From the NCBI GenBank assembly GCA_918797485.1, contig CAKKNE010000005.1, positions 4,526,001-4,590,000 on the forward strand: 64,000 nt of DNA, written 5' to 3'. The translations under genes were made by a program, and so were the position numbers. The stretch comes from Pelagomonas calceolata (taxonomy: Eukaryota). Shown piece by piece: positions 39,659 through 52,550 of this stretch. The notes beneath the pieces are model-generated. The model worked only from the letters and a program-made list of their open reading frames with translations. It was not told the DNA's origin and searched no databases. The stretch's first letter is position 1. The number at the start of each line of letters is the position of its first letter.

Positions 39659-42600
39659 TTACGCCTCATAAACCCGCTCCGCCTCCGAATCCTCCTCGGA
39701 GTCCGACCCCGAGACAGAACTCAGCTCCGACTCCGACTCCTCCTCCGACTCGGACGGCAGGGGAACGAAGCCGTCCTCTCCGCTGTTCTCCGACCCTTCC
39801 GAACTCATAGACTCGAGACTCTCCTCGTCCGACTCGAGCTCGTCGCCGGACGGCACCCTCCCGGTATCCCCATCTTCATCTTCATGAGTGAACCCGCCCG
39901 CGACAAATGCATCGTCGAGATATTCTTCATCGGAAGACTCCTCCTCCTCCTGTGGTATATCCTCTTCAGGAGCGTGGCCCTTGGCCGCATGACTCAAGGG
40001 CCGCATGGGGTAGTAATGGGCCAGCAGATGAGCTAAAAAGTGCCTCGCCGACAGCTCCTTCAGCTCCCTCTGATGAAAAAACTTGGGCTTCTCGAGCACT
40101 TCCTCTTCCAGAAATGATTCATCCTGCGCCTCGGTAGCTTTCGTATCCACAATTTCCCGAAATCTCTTGGCCACGGTGCAGCAGACATTCCCATCCGCGT
40201 CCGCCGTCAACAAGAGATCCCCAGCAACATCCATCGCGGTAATAGGAGCTTTATGGACCACTTTCGCATGGGAATACGCTTGACTAAGTCGTTTGGGGGC
40301 GGCCTGGCCCGCCTGGGGGATCGCCCGGAACTGCGCGGTTCTATCATCCTTGGGTTTTGCCCACGACACGACGGCCATGTCCGCGCCGGCACTAAAAAAG
40401 ACGCCGCCCGCCAGACACAGCGACGTTACGGCCGCCGCGTGGCAATCTAGCACGAAGGCCCGGTCTAATCGAACGACTTCCCGTAGTGGCGAGCCGGCGG
40501 ATCTCCCATCGGACAACCCCGTCTTGGCGAACTCCTCCGCTGATCTCCCGTAGCCTAACCGCTCCATCTCGTTCGCGACTTTTTGTAAAGTGCCCATGTC
40601 CTCGGCGCCACTCACCGGTCGGAACGCGTGGATCTTACCTAAGGCGGTGCCCGCGTACAGCAACCTATGCCGGAAGTCCAAGACCGTCACGGGCGCGTCG
40701 GAGCATTTCACGGTGAGTTTTGCGTTCCAGACGGCACCCTGGAGCCACTGCGACTTCAGGGAGTAGGGCAACACACAAATCGACGAGTCGCGTAGACCAG
40801 CGACCGCGTGCAAACCGGACATGTCCCGAGGTTCCGTCGCCGTATCCAGTAAACACAGCGACGTGCACGGCGCCGTCATCGATAGTGTAGCGCTTTGTAA
40901 CGCATCCGTACCCCTTAAACGCCAGATGCGGATGGCGCCGTCCTCGGCCGTGCTAAACAACTGGCGATGGGCAATCTTCAGACAGGTCACGTCCTTCGTG
41001 TGGCCCTGCATGATCGACTCGCAGCGGAACTGCGGGCCCTTGGGGCCGCCCCTCACCTTCTTCGCTTGGACCCAGCCGCGGATCGCGGGACCCGCGCTCG
41101 AGAAGAACCGCTTCCCATCAGCCGTCATGGCGACGCAGACCGCCGTGCCCAGATCCTCCTCGAGCTGCTGGGTCTTGAAGTAGGGGGCGTAGGCCCAGGG
41201 GTCCCGGTTCTCTTCCTGCTCGCGTTCCTTGGCCCTCTGAGCTTCACTCTTCAACCAGTCGTCTTCCGATCTACGTTTGGGTTTGCGCTTCTTCCAGACC
41301 GTAACATCCTTGCCGCCGTGGCACGTCACGATCAAGTCTCCTTGTCGACCCCCAACAGCTATTGATGAGACCATGCGCTCTTTAGGTATTGTGGCAGATT
41401 TCGGTGCACAAGGTAACGTGCCGGAGTGGGCCATGGACGACGGCAGCCAGGCCTTCCTGACGTGGTTGCTACGTTCGTTTTCTACCCTCGATAGTAGTCC
41501 ATCTAAGAAGCCGAGGTGCCTATGGAGCTTCGGCCGCCGCTCCTGCAGCGACATGAGCATGCCCTTGCCCGCCAACCGATTCAGCACCTCCAGCTGCATC
41601 ATCGCACTGAGTCGTTCCTCCTTAATAGCCTTTAGTAACAACGCACACTCATGGAACGACTCCTCGTCAAATCTGCCGAATTCTATCTGTTTCTGCCATC
41701 GGTAGACTTCCAAGGTCAAAGCCTGTCTCAGCCGATAGCGAAAGACGTCCGGTCTCGCTCTCTGTACAAGACTCATGTCAGCAACACAAGCCGGTACCCG
41801 GTCGCCGTGCGCGTCGATCGCCCGCGCCGCCGGCTCGCAGAACCGATTCACGGCCAGCCGCAAGATATCTAGTTTTGCTTGCGCATACTCCCTACGAAGC
41901 ATCAACCCTTCGTCGTCGGGCAAGGCCTGCAACTCCGGGAACATGACCACGCGATGTACAGTCTTCAACACGTCATGGAATTCGAGGTACCGCGGCAGCC
42001 GCCCGTGGTCATCCGCTTTACCGGAAGCGGTAAAGGGCTTCCTAACTTCTTCCCATCTTTTTACTAAATCGGGCTCACCTGTTTTAACCTCGTCATCCAG
42101 TAGTAACGGGATGGCCATTAAAATACGACGAGCGTGGCGATCCGCCAACGCTTGGGGCGCATCTCTCGAGAGACCGAGAGGTGGTGATAACAACCGCAAC
42201 AGCCTCGATAGTAGTTTCGTTCTAATCCTTCCAACGCCGTACTGGTCGAAGTGCTGCCACGCCACCAAGAACTCCTCGACCTGGTCCATGGCGATCCAGG
42301 GCTGGTCCGGCGACGTCGATTCGTACTTGTAGATGTAGATCAGGGTACAGACGTTCAGGAACAAAAATCTAACTAACAATATGTAGGCCATCCAGAACAG
42401 CCTATTGGCGAACCAGAGCGACGGGTCGAGGTCGGCCCGCATCGCGTCGCGCGTCGCGACCCAGTTATTTGAGGTTGCTGCTATGAAGAGAGTGTTCATT
42501 GATTTGGTAATAGTAGAGAATTTCACTCTAGTAGCGGACCAGTAACTTCCATAAACCCTAGGCATCGGCATACCTTGTCTTGTATCCGTGTACCCATAAT

Positions 42601-45600
42601 CTCGGTCTCGTTTCCGTACGACTTCATTCCCAAACAAGACCATCCCTATAACGGCAAAGGCGAAGGTCACGATGGACATCAAGCCGACCATGGGAAACAC
42701 CGTACCCAATGCGCAAGTCAACGCGTGGTAGACTTGAGCTAATTCTGGGAATAATGGTACCACGAGGAAGACCTGGGTGGACCTTAGTGCAACTAAACCT
42801 CTCTGGACCGACGCCATGTCGAACAACGGAAGCTTCTCCCAGCCTCTGCTGGCTTCGAGGAAGAAATATAACGCTACGGGGATCAACAGGACCAGCCTAA
42901 TACGTTCCTCAACCCTGGTAAGTGTGGCGAACCAGCCGTAACATAGTGCCTTGATGACCCACTCCACGATGAGGAAGAACGAGATGACCAAATCGAGGGC
43001 CCTTAGTCTACCAAGATACTCCTGCATGTCCTTGCCCTTCTCATTCAGTTTCGTATGCATCTGGTCGTGCGTCGCGAGCGGTACTTGCGAGCCAAATAAG
43101 ATCCAGAACATCCAGACGTCGACGAACAAGCATAATGCATATGCTACGCGATACCGAGGATGTCTGAATATTTTAAAAAATATCTTCGTGAAGGTGAAGG
43201 ACACGCGCGGTTCCTGGGGTTCCTTGGAGGCTTGGATGCAGGCGAGCTTCGACTCGTAGACGGACCACTGGGCCTGTTTCAGGGAGGCTATTTTTCGTCG
43301 GCCCCGCGTCAGTTGCAAGTACGTGAACGTACCATAGATCACCCCCACAAATAAAAACGTGATCAGGAACGAGCTACACCCCGCAAAGACGAAGAAGAAC
43401 AGCGGCATCGTGACCGAAGCCTGGGCCTCGTGGTTGCGGAACGGCCCGACGGTCTTCGCGTTGACGCACTGCAGCACCAGCTTGTGCCAGTCGTCGAAGG
43501 TGAACATGGCAAACGCACTCCCAATCGCCTGCCAGAAGTTGTCGAAATTATAAAAGGCCTTTTCGATCTTAAAGGACTCTACCGACTCGACAACTTCCCC
43601 CAACCGGTTGTACTGCGGATGTTTTATGGGATACTTGACCTTGCAGCCCATACTATTGGTAGCGTTCGGGCCCCAGATCGTTCTTCCACTAGGCCAGCCG
43701 TGGTACGGTAGGCCATCACTATAAGTCCCGTTCGGCCCATCAAAAGTACCATACTTGAACTGCTTGTAGGGCCAATTTTCCAAAGAATGGCCGAAGTGGT
43801 TTATTTTGTCCGGTGCGAAGGCCTTTAGCAACATGCCCTTGGGGTAGGTCGCCGCCGTGCAGTAGTTTAACTTACCTTGGTACAACTGCATCCCTACGAC
43901 CGCTATGGTCGTCCACACGAAGAAGCCGAACGTTATGACCGCAAACAATCCTCTCGATGAGTTCTCCAATGCAGTTAAAATGGACATGATCGCCGGACTT
44001 GACTGGACGAACTTCTTCAGGGGTCTTATTATTCGCGTCATCCGCAGGATCATAAAAGGTAACACTCCCGAAACACCGCACGCCGCGATCACCGATAACG
44101 AAGTCACGAAGAAGTCCAAACAGTTCATGAAACTTGATAAATATGCAAATAAACCGTTCGCGATGGTCAAAATAAAAAACTCGGCCACGAAAATGAACAT
44201 GCAGACGCGCTGGATGAACCATAATGATTCAAGGTGGGGCCCGCACAGGTCCGCCGGGAACGCGGGGTCGCACCTCGTGATCTCGGACATTTCCCCCCTC
44301 CTCTGGTCCGTCGCGTGCAAGTGCGTGTTCCGGTACTGGTAGTACAACGCTAATACAAACACCGACACCATGATCGTCACGAACATTATTTTTTCGAAAA
44401 TTTCCGAGGCCGCCAGCCACTTGATGAAGCGCCGCGGCTGCTTGTCGGGCGGGAAGAGGCCCCACGTCTTGTCGATGAGCATGAACCGCTGCCACCTTGT
44501 TAAAGGTGGCTCCGGCTGGGCCGCTAGACTGATCCCGCCCTTCTTGTCTTCTTCGATGGCGTCATCAAAGGCGCTCCTCGACGCGGCGAACCACTTCACG
44601 AAAAAGAACCGTAACAGCCCATGTAACATACCCCGCTCGAATTTAAACACCGCGACCATGGCCGTCTGGGCCGCCTGCTTTATGACCAATATCGAATCGC
44701 GTTCGACTTGGTCGAAGATGATCGCGATGAGCATGGATAAGATGGCGTACCTCGCTATCACCAGTATGAGTACGAAGTACACGGCCGAAATCCCGCCACA
44801 CGCGTGCATCGTGGAATACATGACCTCGTTCCAGCCGTCGCCCGTTATGACCACGAAATTCGTGATGAAGGACATGCCGAACGTGTCGAAGTTCAATCTA
44901 CCTCTTTTGGACCACCTCCCACTAAAATCATTCAGGGCGTAGACCTCGCCCCCAAAAAACTGCATCGAGACGATGGCGCCCATGTAGACCACCAAGAACA
45001 GCAATCCCAACACGTTAGCGACCCAGATCGACGCCGACGCCATGATGCCCATCAAGCGCGTAAAATCCAATTGGGAAGCTGCCATCGACTTCTTGCGATG
45101 GATCTTACTGATGGATATCAACCGCAACACCCTCAGCAAGCGACACATCCTCACCACCCGTAACATGTTGAAAAAACCTCCCGAAAACATGACATTCCCC
45201 GATTTCCCGGCGGTGCCGAGCGCGATCTCCGCCATGACGTCCAAACAAGAAAATAACACGAGGATAAAGTCGAAACAATTGTATCCATCGTAGAAGTAAC
45301 CAGCAACCCCCAAACAAGCTAACTTAATCAACGCCTCCAGGATGAAGACCCACGTGAAGAACATGTTTAGGATAGAGATCGTCTGCGAGATGTGCTTCGG
45401 TCTTAACCATTTACCACTGGTGCTCTCGGCGTGCAGCGGGTTGATGGCCATCGTGAACAAGTTGCCCAGGATGCACCCATATATAAACATGGAGAAGCGG
45501 CCCATCTCCGGTCTCACGATAGCCCTCAGTGCTTCCGCACACGCGCCTTGCGGCACGCCCGGTAGTTTCTCGAGAGGATCCGTCTCCTCCGCTTGCACCA

Positions 45601-47811
45601 GATTGAGCGTAGCACTCCCATGCCCTTCCACGTAGTTCCGCACGGCCACCACGTCCTCCTCTTCCGCCGCCAGTATATCTATCATATGTTCTTCAAATTG
45701 CGTCATGGACAGGACCTCGTCGCCCAAGAAGGCCGCTTTCGCATCATACGCGATCCTATTTTCTTCCTCCCGGATAGCCTTGCGCAAATTGAACGACATG
45801 ACCGCGGGAAACAAGTTCAGCAGACATATATTGACAAAACCAACAACAGCGTAGAAGAAGGGCCACGTGTACTTCCCGACGGCGGCCTGCATGGCCCACA
45901 TGGCGTCGTTCCAGTTCTCCATGTTCATCACATCAAAAATTGTTAATAAACCTGCGGGGACGTCAAAGGTCAAATCCGGGGTCTCTCGGAGGTCGTGGCC
46001 GAGTTTGAGCCCACTGGTTGATTTCCACACGGGAGCAGACTCCAGATCGTGCCGTCGAACCGCATGTACCACACCAATTGCTTGTGGCGCGGGTACTTGT
46101 CGCCCATGAAGCCGTGGCGATGACTCCCGGTCTTCGAGGACAGACCACCCCTCATTTTACATTTGTGGTCTGTTATGCGATTCAGGATGACTTCGTCCCT
46201 CTGGTAGAAGTCGTCCCAGCCCTTCTTATACGTACCACTACATAACTCGTAGAAGGAGTCGGGGTACTCGCCACCCTGGAAGGCTGCCGAACAGTTCGCA
46301 TTGCGCTGCTCCGCATTCCTGATGAGCCAGTAGGGCTCGAAGACCGCATTCGCGGTCTTCAGGTCGACCTCGCAGTTCGCCACGTCTCGCTTTAGCTTAA
46401 TTGCCGTATTTTCCGGCGGCATGGCCTTCTCATGCTTCATATCATCGATGTTCTTATACCCGAGGTTTAGTTTGGAACCAATAATCTCCGTGAAGAAGCC
46501 GCCGAGCGAGACCTTCGGTCGCACGAGCATGCCGTCGGGGCCGATGGATTCGGACGTCGACAATTTGAGATCGACGCACACCTCCGTGATGCGCGTCACG
46601 GAGGGATCGGCGCGGTTCGGCACGAAGCGGTAGGCCGACGGCATGGACGTCGACGGCATGGCCGACGGCACCGTCGATGCTGATGGTAGCGGCGTCGGTG
46701 CCGGTTGGCCGCGGGCCGTCGGCGAGACCGTTTCCGCGGACGGCGCGACCGTCGGAGAAGGCGTCCGCGGGTGCGTGTACGGGATAGACACACCAGGCAT
46801 GGGCCAGGGGTCGTCCATCGACGCGTTGAGGAACGTCTTCTTTAATAATGAAGGGTCGCCGTACCTCCTAAAAAAATCCCCCGAGATCGTCTTGTCGCAC
46901 CCGTCGGCCGGGTCGTCGCTGTAGCAGCCCTGGCACTTGTGGCACGTGTCGCACTCGCCGCAGAACGACGCGAAGTAGGGGAACTCCGTGTAGTGCGGCA
47001 CGAGGTCCTTCCTATAGTCGCGATAGACGCCTTGCAACGACCGCCAGTAGGAAGACACTAAAAACCGGTTGCGGGCGTACCGATCCTTCTCGTTCTCCTC
47101 TAACAACGATTGATAGGCCCGAAAGTTCTCCGCCGAGTCCCAGTACTGGCCTCCCGTCAAATCCGCGTCCGGGAACTGCGACGTGTTCCACGCTGCAAAA
47201 TCTGTATAAGGTTTAAAACCATGAAATGTCCCTCGCCCCGGGTCGTAGTACGGGTCCGGCACGCAGCGATAGTCCAACGCATCCCCAAAGTACAAGGTAG
47301 CGACGACCGCGAAGCAAAACACCGCCATGGCGATGAGAACGACGATCGCCAGCAGCAGGTGGAAGGACCCGAACAGACTTCCTACCAACAACCGCATCTC
47401 CGGGAACTTTCTCAGTGATTTCAATGGCCTTAGAACGCGCATCATCCGCAATGCCGAGATGTCCGCGAGACCACTCCCCGAAGATCTCCCAAACACGTAG
47501 GGGCACTCCGTCGTCATGCTTAGTGTCCCCTGCATGACGACGACGAAATCCAACTGGTTCCACGTGTCCTTGAAGTAGGCTAAGCCATAGGCATAGAACT
47601 TTATCGCGAACTCGCAGAAAAAAATGAAATTCAGTATAAAATCCGCGAGACAAAAAAAGTCCGTCGGTGAGGTGGCATTTTTTAATTTATTGGGCGGGAA
47701 GGCCATGATCACGCAGTTGAACATGATGACCAGCAGTATTCCCGTGTCGAGCTCTTGCGAGTCGGCGAGGCGCCGTATCCTACTCTTGCGGCCGCGCGTC
47801 GCGAGGACCAT
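39659..47811 (-). CDS. Four-domain voltage-gated cation (Cav/Nav-like) channel with C-terminal WD40 repeats (~2687 aa); exons 47811-46041 and 45951-39659
   Basis: S4 helices LRMMRVLRPLK, LRVVRMCRLLRVLR, LRMTRIIRPLK; pore loops NMENW, TGDGW, TFDDW, TSNNW; EF-like FLVAWQHFD; WD40 GHTKDVTCL..STAEDGAIRIW. Splicing rebuilds the domain I P-loop FDGTIWSLLTIFD. Confidence 0.9.
45952..46040 (-). mobile_element. Aged introner intron (89 bp)
   Basis: GT donor 8 nt before CCGTGTGGAAATCAACCAGTG; ends CCCCGCAG; TSD copies GTCTGCTC/GTTTATTA; removal restores frame. Confidence 0.85.
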
Positions 47812-48300
47812 GGTTTACGGTGCGCCCAGCGCTTCACCAGTCCGTCGTACGCGTCGAGCGCTACGCCTCGAGCGCTGGCCTCCGGCCCAGGCTATTGTAT
47901 GGGCCACTGCCTCACCGCTCGCCGCGCCAAGGGCTGCCCCCTTTGACTGGTGGCGCCCGGGATCGCTGCGACTGCGGCTGCCCGCGGCCGGGTCGCCCGG
48001 TTTTAAAGGCGAAGCGCCGCACGCCGGGCGTCTCCAGCAAAAGCTTTCATGGGAAAAAGTGGGTTCGGCGGTCCCCGGAGCGGTCCGTCTACGAGTCCTG
48101 GCCGCGCTCCACGGGGTAGATGGGCCACACAGAGCTGCAGTGCCAAAGCGAAAAAACCCGCAACCAGCCTCGAGAGCGCGCGTGATTGATGTTGTAGTCG
48201 TGCTGTGGATCAAACGATTGGTCCAGAGAGCTGCATTTTGGTGCTGTGATATCGCCTGATCCGGTGCACTGCAAGTTCTTGCAAGCGTAAGCCCACAGAG

Positions 48301-49143
48301 ATGCGCAAGCTCCTCCTCCTCCTCGCCGCCGCAGCGACGGCCGACGACGCCGCGATCATCGAAGGCCGGAAGTTCGCGATCTTGCTCGCCTCGAACGTGC
48401 CGGACCAAAACCCGGGGAAAGTCGCGCTCGCGAGGGACAAACACGGCGTCCGCGGCCTCATCGCGGCGCAGCCCTTCGCCGCCGGCGACGTGCTGCTCGC
48501 CGTGCCGCTCGACCGCTGTCTGGTCGAGACGCGCGACCTGCCGGCCTCCCTCAAGAACGCGCCGGCGGCGCTCACGTGGGATATTAGGTTGGCCCTGCAG
48601 CTGCACGACGCGATTTTGACGCCGGACGATCCATTCTGGGTCGAGTACGGGACGTTACTCCCAAAGGTCGAGGAGATGGGGCTGCCCCTGCTGAAGCGCG
48701 GCGCAGAGCTTGATAGTTTGGGGCCGGAGCTCGCCGAGCCGGCGCGCCAGCAGCAACATAGGTTGCGAGAGCTCGACTTCCCGCGGGAGGTCCTGCCCGC
48801 GCTCGACGCGCCGGACGACGCCTGGCCGGGGACGCTGCCGTGGGCGTGGGCGCTCGTGCGGTCGCGCGTCTTCGGCGCCACTTCTACCCAGGTCAGCTTC
48901 GACGACGGCACGTCGGGCACGACGGACCGCTTCGCCTTCGTGCCCTTCGTGGACATGGCGAACCATCATGCTGAAGGGTCCGCGGTCGTCGACGCGGGCG
49001 ACTTTTTCATCCGGCTGCGCGCGGCGCGGGACCTGGCGCCGGGCGACGCCGTGACGATTTCGTATGGGGACATCGACCGGCGGCAGCACTACGCGCTCTA
49101 CGGGTACTGGAAGCCTGAAACGGCTGGGCGCGGCGACTTGTGA
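48301..49143 (+). CDS. SET-domain methyltransferase (Rubisco LSMT-like) with signal peptide
   Basis: GVRGLIA..AGDVLLAVP, WAWALVRSRVF, PFVDMANH, ISYG..LYGY. Confidence 0.85.
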   Translation: MRKLLLLLAAAATADDAAIIEGRKFAILLASNVPDQNPGKVALARDKHGVRGLIAAQPFAAGDVLLAVPLDRCLVETRDLPASLKNAPAALTWDIRLALQLHDAILTPDDPFWVEYGTLLPKVEEMGLPLLKRGAELDSLGPELAEPARQQQHRLRELDFPREVLPALDAPDDAWPGTLPWAWALVRSRVFGATSTQVSFDDGTSGTTDRFAFVPFVDMANHHAEGSAVVDAGDFFIRLRAARDLAPGDAVTISYGDIDRRQHYALYGYWKPETAGRGDL

Positions 49144-49180
49144 TTTCTAACGACAACTAGTGTGAACACATACACAAAAA

Positions 49181-49885
49181 CTACGCCCGCTGCCGCGCCG
49201 GCGCCGAGACCTCGATCGCCCCGGGAAAGTGCATCCGCATCGCCTCCGACGACTTGACGACGACCAGGGCGGCGGGCCACCGCCGTTCCGCCCAGCGCAC
49301 GCACTTCAGGACCGTGTCGTAGGCGCGCGAGCCGTTGATGTCGACGAAGACAGATGAATATTTGCCCTCCACGCGATCGGGCTCGCACAGCACGTCGCAC
49401 ACCAGAAAGGTCGCGCCCGGCGCTGCGTCTCTGGCCGTCCGCATGCGGTCGGCGGCCTTGTCGACGGCTAGCACGGCGCAGCCGCGGGCAACGAGTCGGC
49501 GCGTTGCTTCTCCTTGGTCGCAGCCTACCTCCAATGTCTTGGTTCCGACGTCCTGCGTCGCGGCCGCGAGGCGATACGCTCGCGTCGTCGCCGTGAACAG
49601 CGTCAGAGGCCCACCGCCGCGGATGGGTACCAATAACGCCGGCCGGGCCGCGTAGGTGCTTCCATCCTTGTACACGACCGTGCGCCGGCCGTCCTCGGTT
49701 GCCTCGCCCACGATGTAGGCTGCGGCGAACGGGCGGCTCCCGCGCTGGCCGCCGCGCGACTTCATCACAAAGACGCGGTCGCCGTCGGCGAAGGCGTGGG
49801 GGAGGTGCGGGGCGAATGCTTCCCACTGGCGCTCCGTTTCGCCCTCGGAGGCGTCTGGCCCTGCTGTTGATGATGCTGCAGCCAT
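49181..49885 (-). CDS. Class I SAM-dependent methyltransferase-like protein
   Basis: TLEVGCDQGE, VLAVD, VFVDINGSR. Confidence 0.7.
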   Translation of the reverse strand: MAAASSTAGPDASEGETERQWEAFAPHLPHAFADGDRVFVMKSRGGQRGSRPFAAAYIVGEATEDGRRTVVYKDGSTYAARPALLVPIRGGGPLTLFTATTRAYRLAAATQDVGTKTLEVGCDQGEATRRLVARGCAVLAVDKAADRMRTARDAAPGATFLVCDVLCEPDRVEGKYSSVFVDINGSRAYDTVLKCVRWAERRWPAALVVVKSSEAMRMHFPGAIEVSAPARQRA

Positions 49886-50150
49886 GCTGCAGCTGGCAGA
49901 GTGCTCGCTGCAGCCGCGCTGGAGCCCTCGTCGGCTGGTTTTGCACAGATGCGACTGCGAGGCGATCAATATCTTGCTTTCAGTCCTTTTAAGCTCTCTT
50001 TTGGCTGTCGCTCAGCTAGCCACAAAACCTGTTTTGTTGCAGCTGCGCAGCGCGCGCGGGCGGCTGACCGAGGCGTTTCCGCACTCTCAGGCGCTGCAAA
50101 CAACCACAAAGAGCTCCAAGAGATCGCCAACAAAGCGCCGGCGACGCGTG

Positions 50151-50819
50151 ATGCTCTACAGCGGCTCCTTGACACTGCTGCTGCTCGTGCACTCCGCAGC
50201 GTTTGCGCCGCCGCCGCGACTCACCACAAAAAAAACAGCGCGAATCCATCGGGCCGTGTCGCCCGCCGCAGCCGACGCGCCCATGCTGTATAAGGCCGTG
50301 GGCGAGTCGACGCGCTTCGCGGTGAGCGGCGCCGTCGCGGCGACGCTCATGGTGAGGCGCGACGCGGAGACGCTGACCTGGGTCGCCGGCGCCATCCTGG
50401 CGGCCGTCTGCAACAAGATCCTCAAAAGGATCATCAAGGAGGACCGGCCGGAGGCGGGCGACGACGGCGGGATGCCGTCGAGCCACGCTTGTAGCGTGTG
50501 CCATCTGGGCGTCGGCGCGGCGCTCCGCTTTCCCCTAACAAAACTGCAGCTCGGTGGCCTGGCCGTGTACGGCGCGACGTCGCTCGCGTGGCGCGTGACG
50601 AACCGCTACCACACGGCGCCCCAGGTCCTCGTCGGCGGCGCGTTCGGCGCCGCGACGGCTGGAGCCTTTCGTAGTTTCTCAAAACGGTTGGAGGCGGAGG
50701 TGCTACCCGCGCGGATCCCGCTCGCGTGGATTTTAGGTATTTACGGCGCGGGCGCGGTCGTCGTCGGCTCCGTCGAGCGCGCCAAGTGGCTGAAGCGGGC
50801 GCTGAAGAAGAAGCGATGA
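50151..50819 (+). CDS. PAP2 lipid/dolichyl-phosphate phosphatase, likely plastid-targeted
   Basis: KRIIKEDRP, GMPSSHA, RVTNRYHTAPQV; signal peptide ending SAAF-AP (stramenopile ASAFAP-like). Confidence 0.85.
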   Translation: MLYSGSLTLLLLVHSAAFAPPPRLTTKKTARIHRAVSPAAADAPMLYKAVGESTRFAVSGAVAATLMVRRDAETLTWVAGAILAAVCNKILKRIIKEDRPEAGDDGGMPSSHACSVCHLGVGAALRFPLTKLQLGGLAVYGATSLAWRVTNRYHTAPQVLVGGAFGAATAGAFRSFSKRLEAEVLPARIPLAWILGIYGAGAVVVGSVERAKWLKRALKKKR

Positions 50820-51070
50820 TGTCATTTTTGTCGCGTTGACGGCGTGTAAAGGTATTGAGTAGCCTCTTCCTCTTCGTGCGGGTCTACAGCTTTTTGGCAC
50901 AATGTCATAGCTTTTTGGCACGCGGCGCAACTTGTGCAGGAGTAGTCAAGCAACAAATGATGAATCGTCGCGTAGCGCGCTGAAAGGACCATCGCTTCTG
51001 ATCGTCGGGCTGCTCCATCTGCTCTGCACTGCATGCTGCCCCTGTAGCGCCATCGGGCTGCCCAGAACAC

Positions 51071-52196
51071 ATGCCGCGGATCGCTGGGCTTCTGCTCTGC
51101 GCCGCGGCGACGGCCAGCGACGTCCTATTCGTGCACGTGGGGAAGACGTGCGGCGGGACCATCGCCGCCGAGTTAAGAAAAAACCGCGTGGCCTACCACG
51201 AGGTGCACCTCGACAAGGTCGACAGGGAGACGCTCGCACAATACAAGCGAGTGATCGTCTCGGCGCGCGACCCCGTGGACCGCGTGATCTCGGCGTTCAA
51301 CTGGCGGAGTCCGCACGCCTGCCGCCAATGGAAGGGCCAATGCACGCCGCCGCGGGCCGTCGAGAAGTTCGACGGCGAGCGGGGGTTCTACAACTGTTTT
51401 CCGGACGTGCAGCACTTCGTTGACGAGGTGACGGAGCGGTCGAAGCCTGTGTAGACTTCACGCCATCGACGCGACGCGTGCTCGATGCTGCCTCACCGAT
51501 TGGGATCCATACAGGTCGAAGAGTCCATCGCTCACGTGCCTCATGCTCGCGCACTCGTTTTTTAATGGTGTCGGCGTGGGCGAGGGCGGCGGCTCGCACA
51601 TCGGGAAGGGCCTCTCGTGGTACATCGGGCCGGTGCTCCACGACCTGCTGCGACGGGAGAGTGACCTCTGGGTCGTGCGTGCCGAGGCGTGCGAACACGA
51701 CCTGGAGGGGGCTATTCGCTGGCTGCGGGGCGACGACACCCTCGACGTGTTACGAGCCGCGTGGAAATCGACCAGTGAGTTAGGTTATTGCGGAGACCTT
51801 CGTGGGCCTCCACGCCATCGAGCTGCCGCAGCTACGGGGACGACGTCGCATCGATGGCGTAGAATCTCCACGCCATCGAGCAGAGCAGTTACGGGGACGA
51901 CGTCGCGTCGATGGCGTCGGGCGTAGGAAAAATGATTTCCACACAGGCTACGAGGCGGCTGGATTCACCAAGCGCGCAACACCACGGACGAGACGTCGAC
52001 GACCATCGACGGCTCGTCCCGAAAGAAACTGCAGCAGCGCCTGGAGGCCGAGTTCCAAATCTTAGACATTATGCTCGACGCGTCCGTGAACTATGGCGCG
52101 AAACGGCGGCGCGGCCTTCAGAAGGAGCTCCTCGTCGACGGGGGAGGCGTGTGCAAGTCCCTCTCGAGCAAGACGCATGTTAATACAAACTGTTAG
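51071..52196 (+). CDS. Sulfotransferase-like protein with signal peptide; exons 51071-51438, 51515-51748 and 51947-52196
   Basis: FVHVGKTCGGTI and RDPVDRVISAF (PAPS-binding motifs); removing two introners gives one continuous frame to TAG 52194-52196. Confidence 0.75.
51439..51514 (+). mobile_element. Short introner intron (76 bp)
   Basis: TSD GTCGAAGC/GTCGAAGA; CTGTGTAG...CCATACAG; internal CACGCCATCGA. Confidence 0.85.
51749..51946 (+). mobile_element. Introner intron (198 bp) with duplicated internal hairpin unit
   Basis: TSD GTTACGAG/GCTACGAG; CCGCGTGGAAATCGACCAGTG...TGATTTCCACACAG. Confidence 0.9.
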
Positions 52197-52203
52197 TGAC
52201 ACA

Positions 52204-52550
52204 TCACAGGGCGTAGTCGAGGTGCTCCGCGAGGACCCGCTTCACGTCGGGGCCCTGGACCGGCTCGCCGTGGCAGGGCGCGAGGAAGTCCCACTCCCAT
52301 GCGAATATCCGCGCGATCTTCGCCTCCCAGCCCGGCTGCTTCATGAGGCCGTTGTAGACCGGCCGGTAGATGCGATCCATACCAAATTTCCACGCCGCCG
52401 GCGCGTCGGCCGGGTAGTTCCACCAGAGGTCCGTCACGAGCAGCACGCACGACGGCTTGTGCACGAAGACGACCTCCGAGAAAAAGGGCCGATCCCCAAG
52501 AAGTTTGAAGGGCGACCGCTCCTCCTCGATCCAGCCGACGGCCCGCGCTC
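52204..52550 (-). pseudogene. C-terminal fragment of a DUF4336-like protein
   Basis: PFFSEVVFVHKPS.VLLVTDLWWN..WEWDFLAPCHGE; no N-terminal part seen upstream. Confidence 0.6.

Noticed and set aside
50822..51070. Small minus-strand ORF between PAP2 and the sulfotransferase
   Set aside because: No motif and weak coding bias; likely promoter or UTR sequence.
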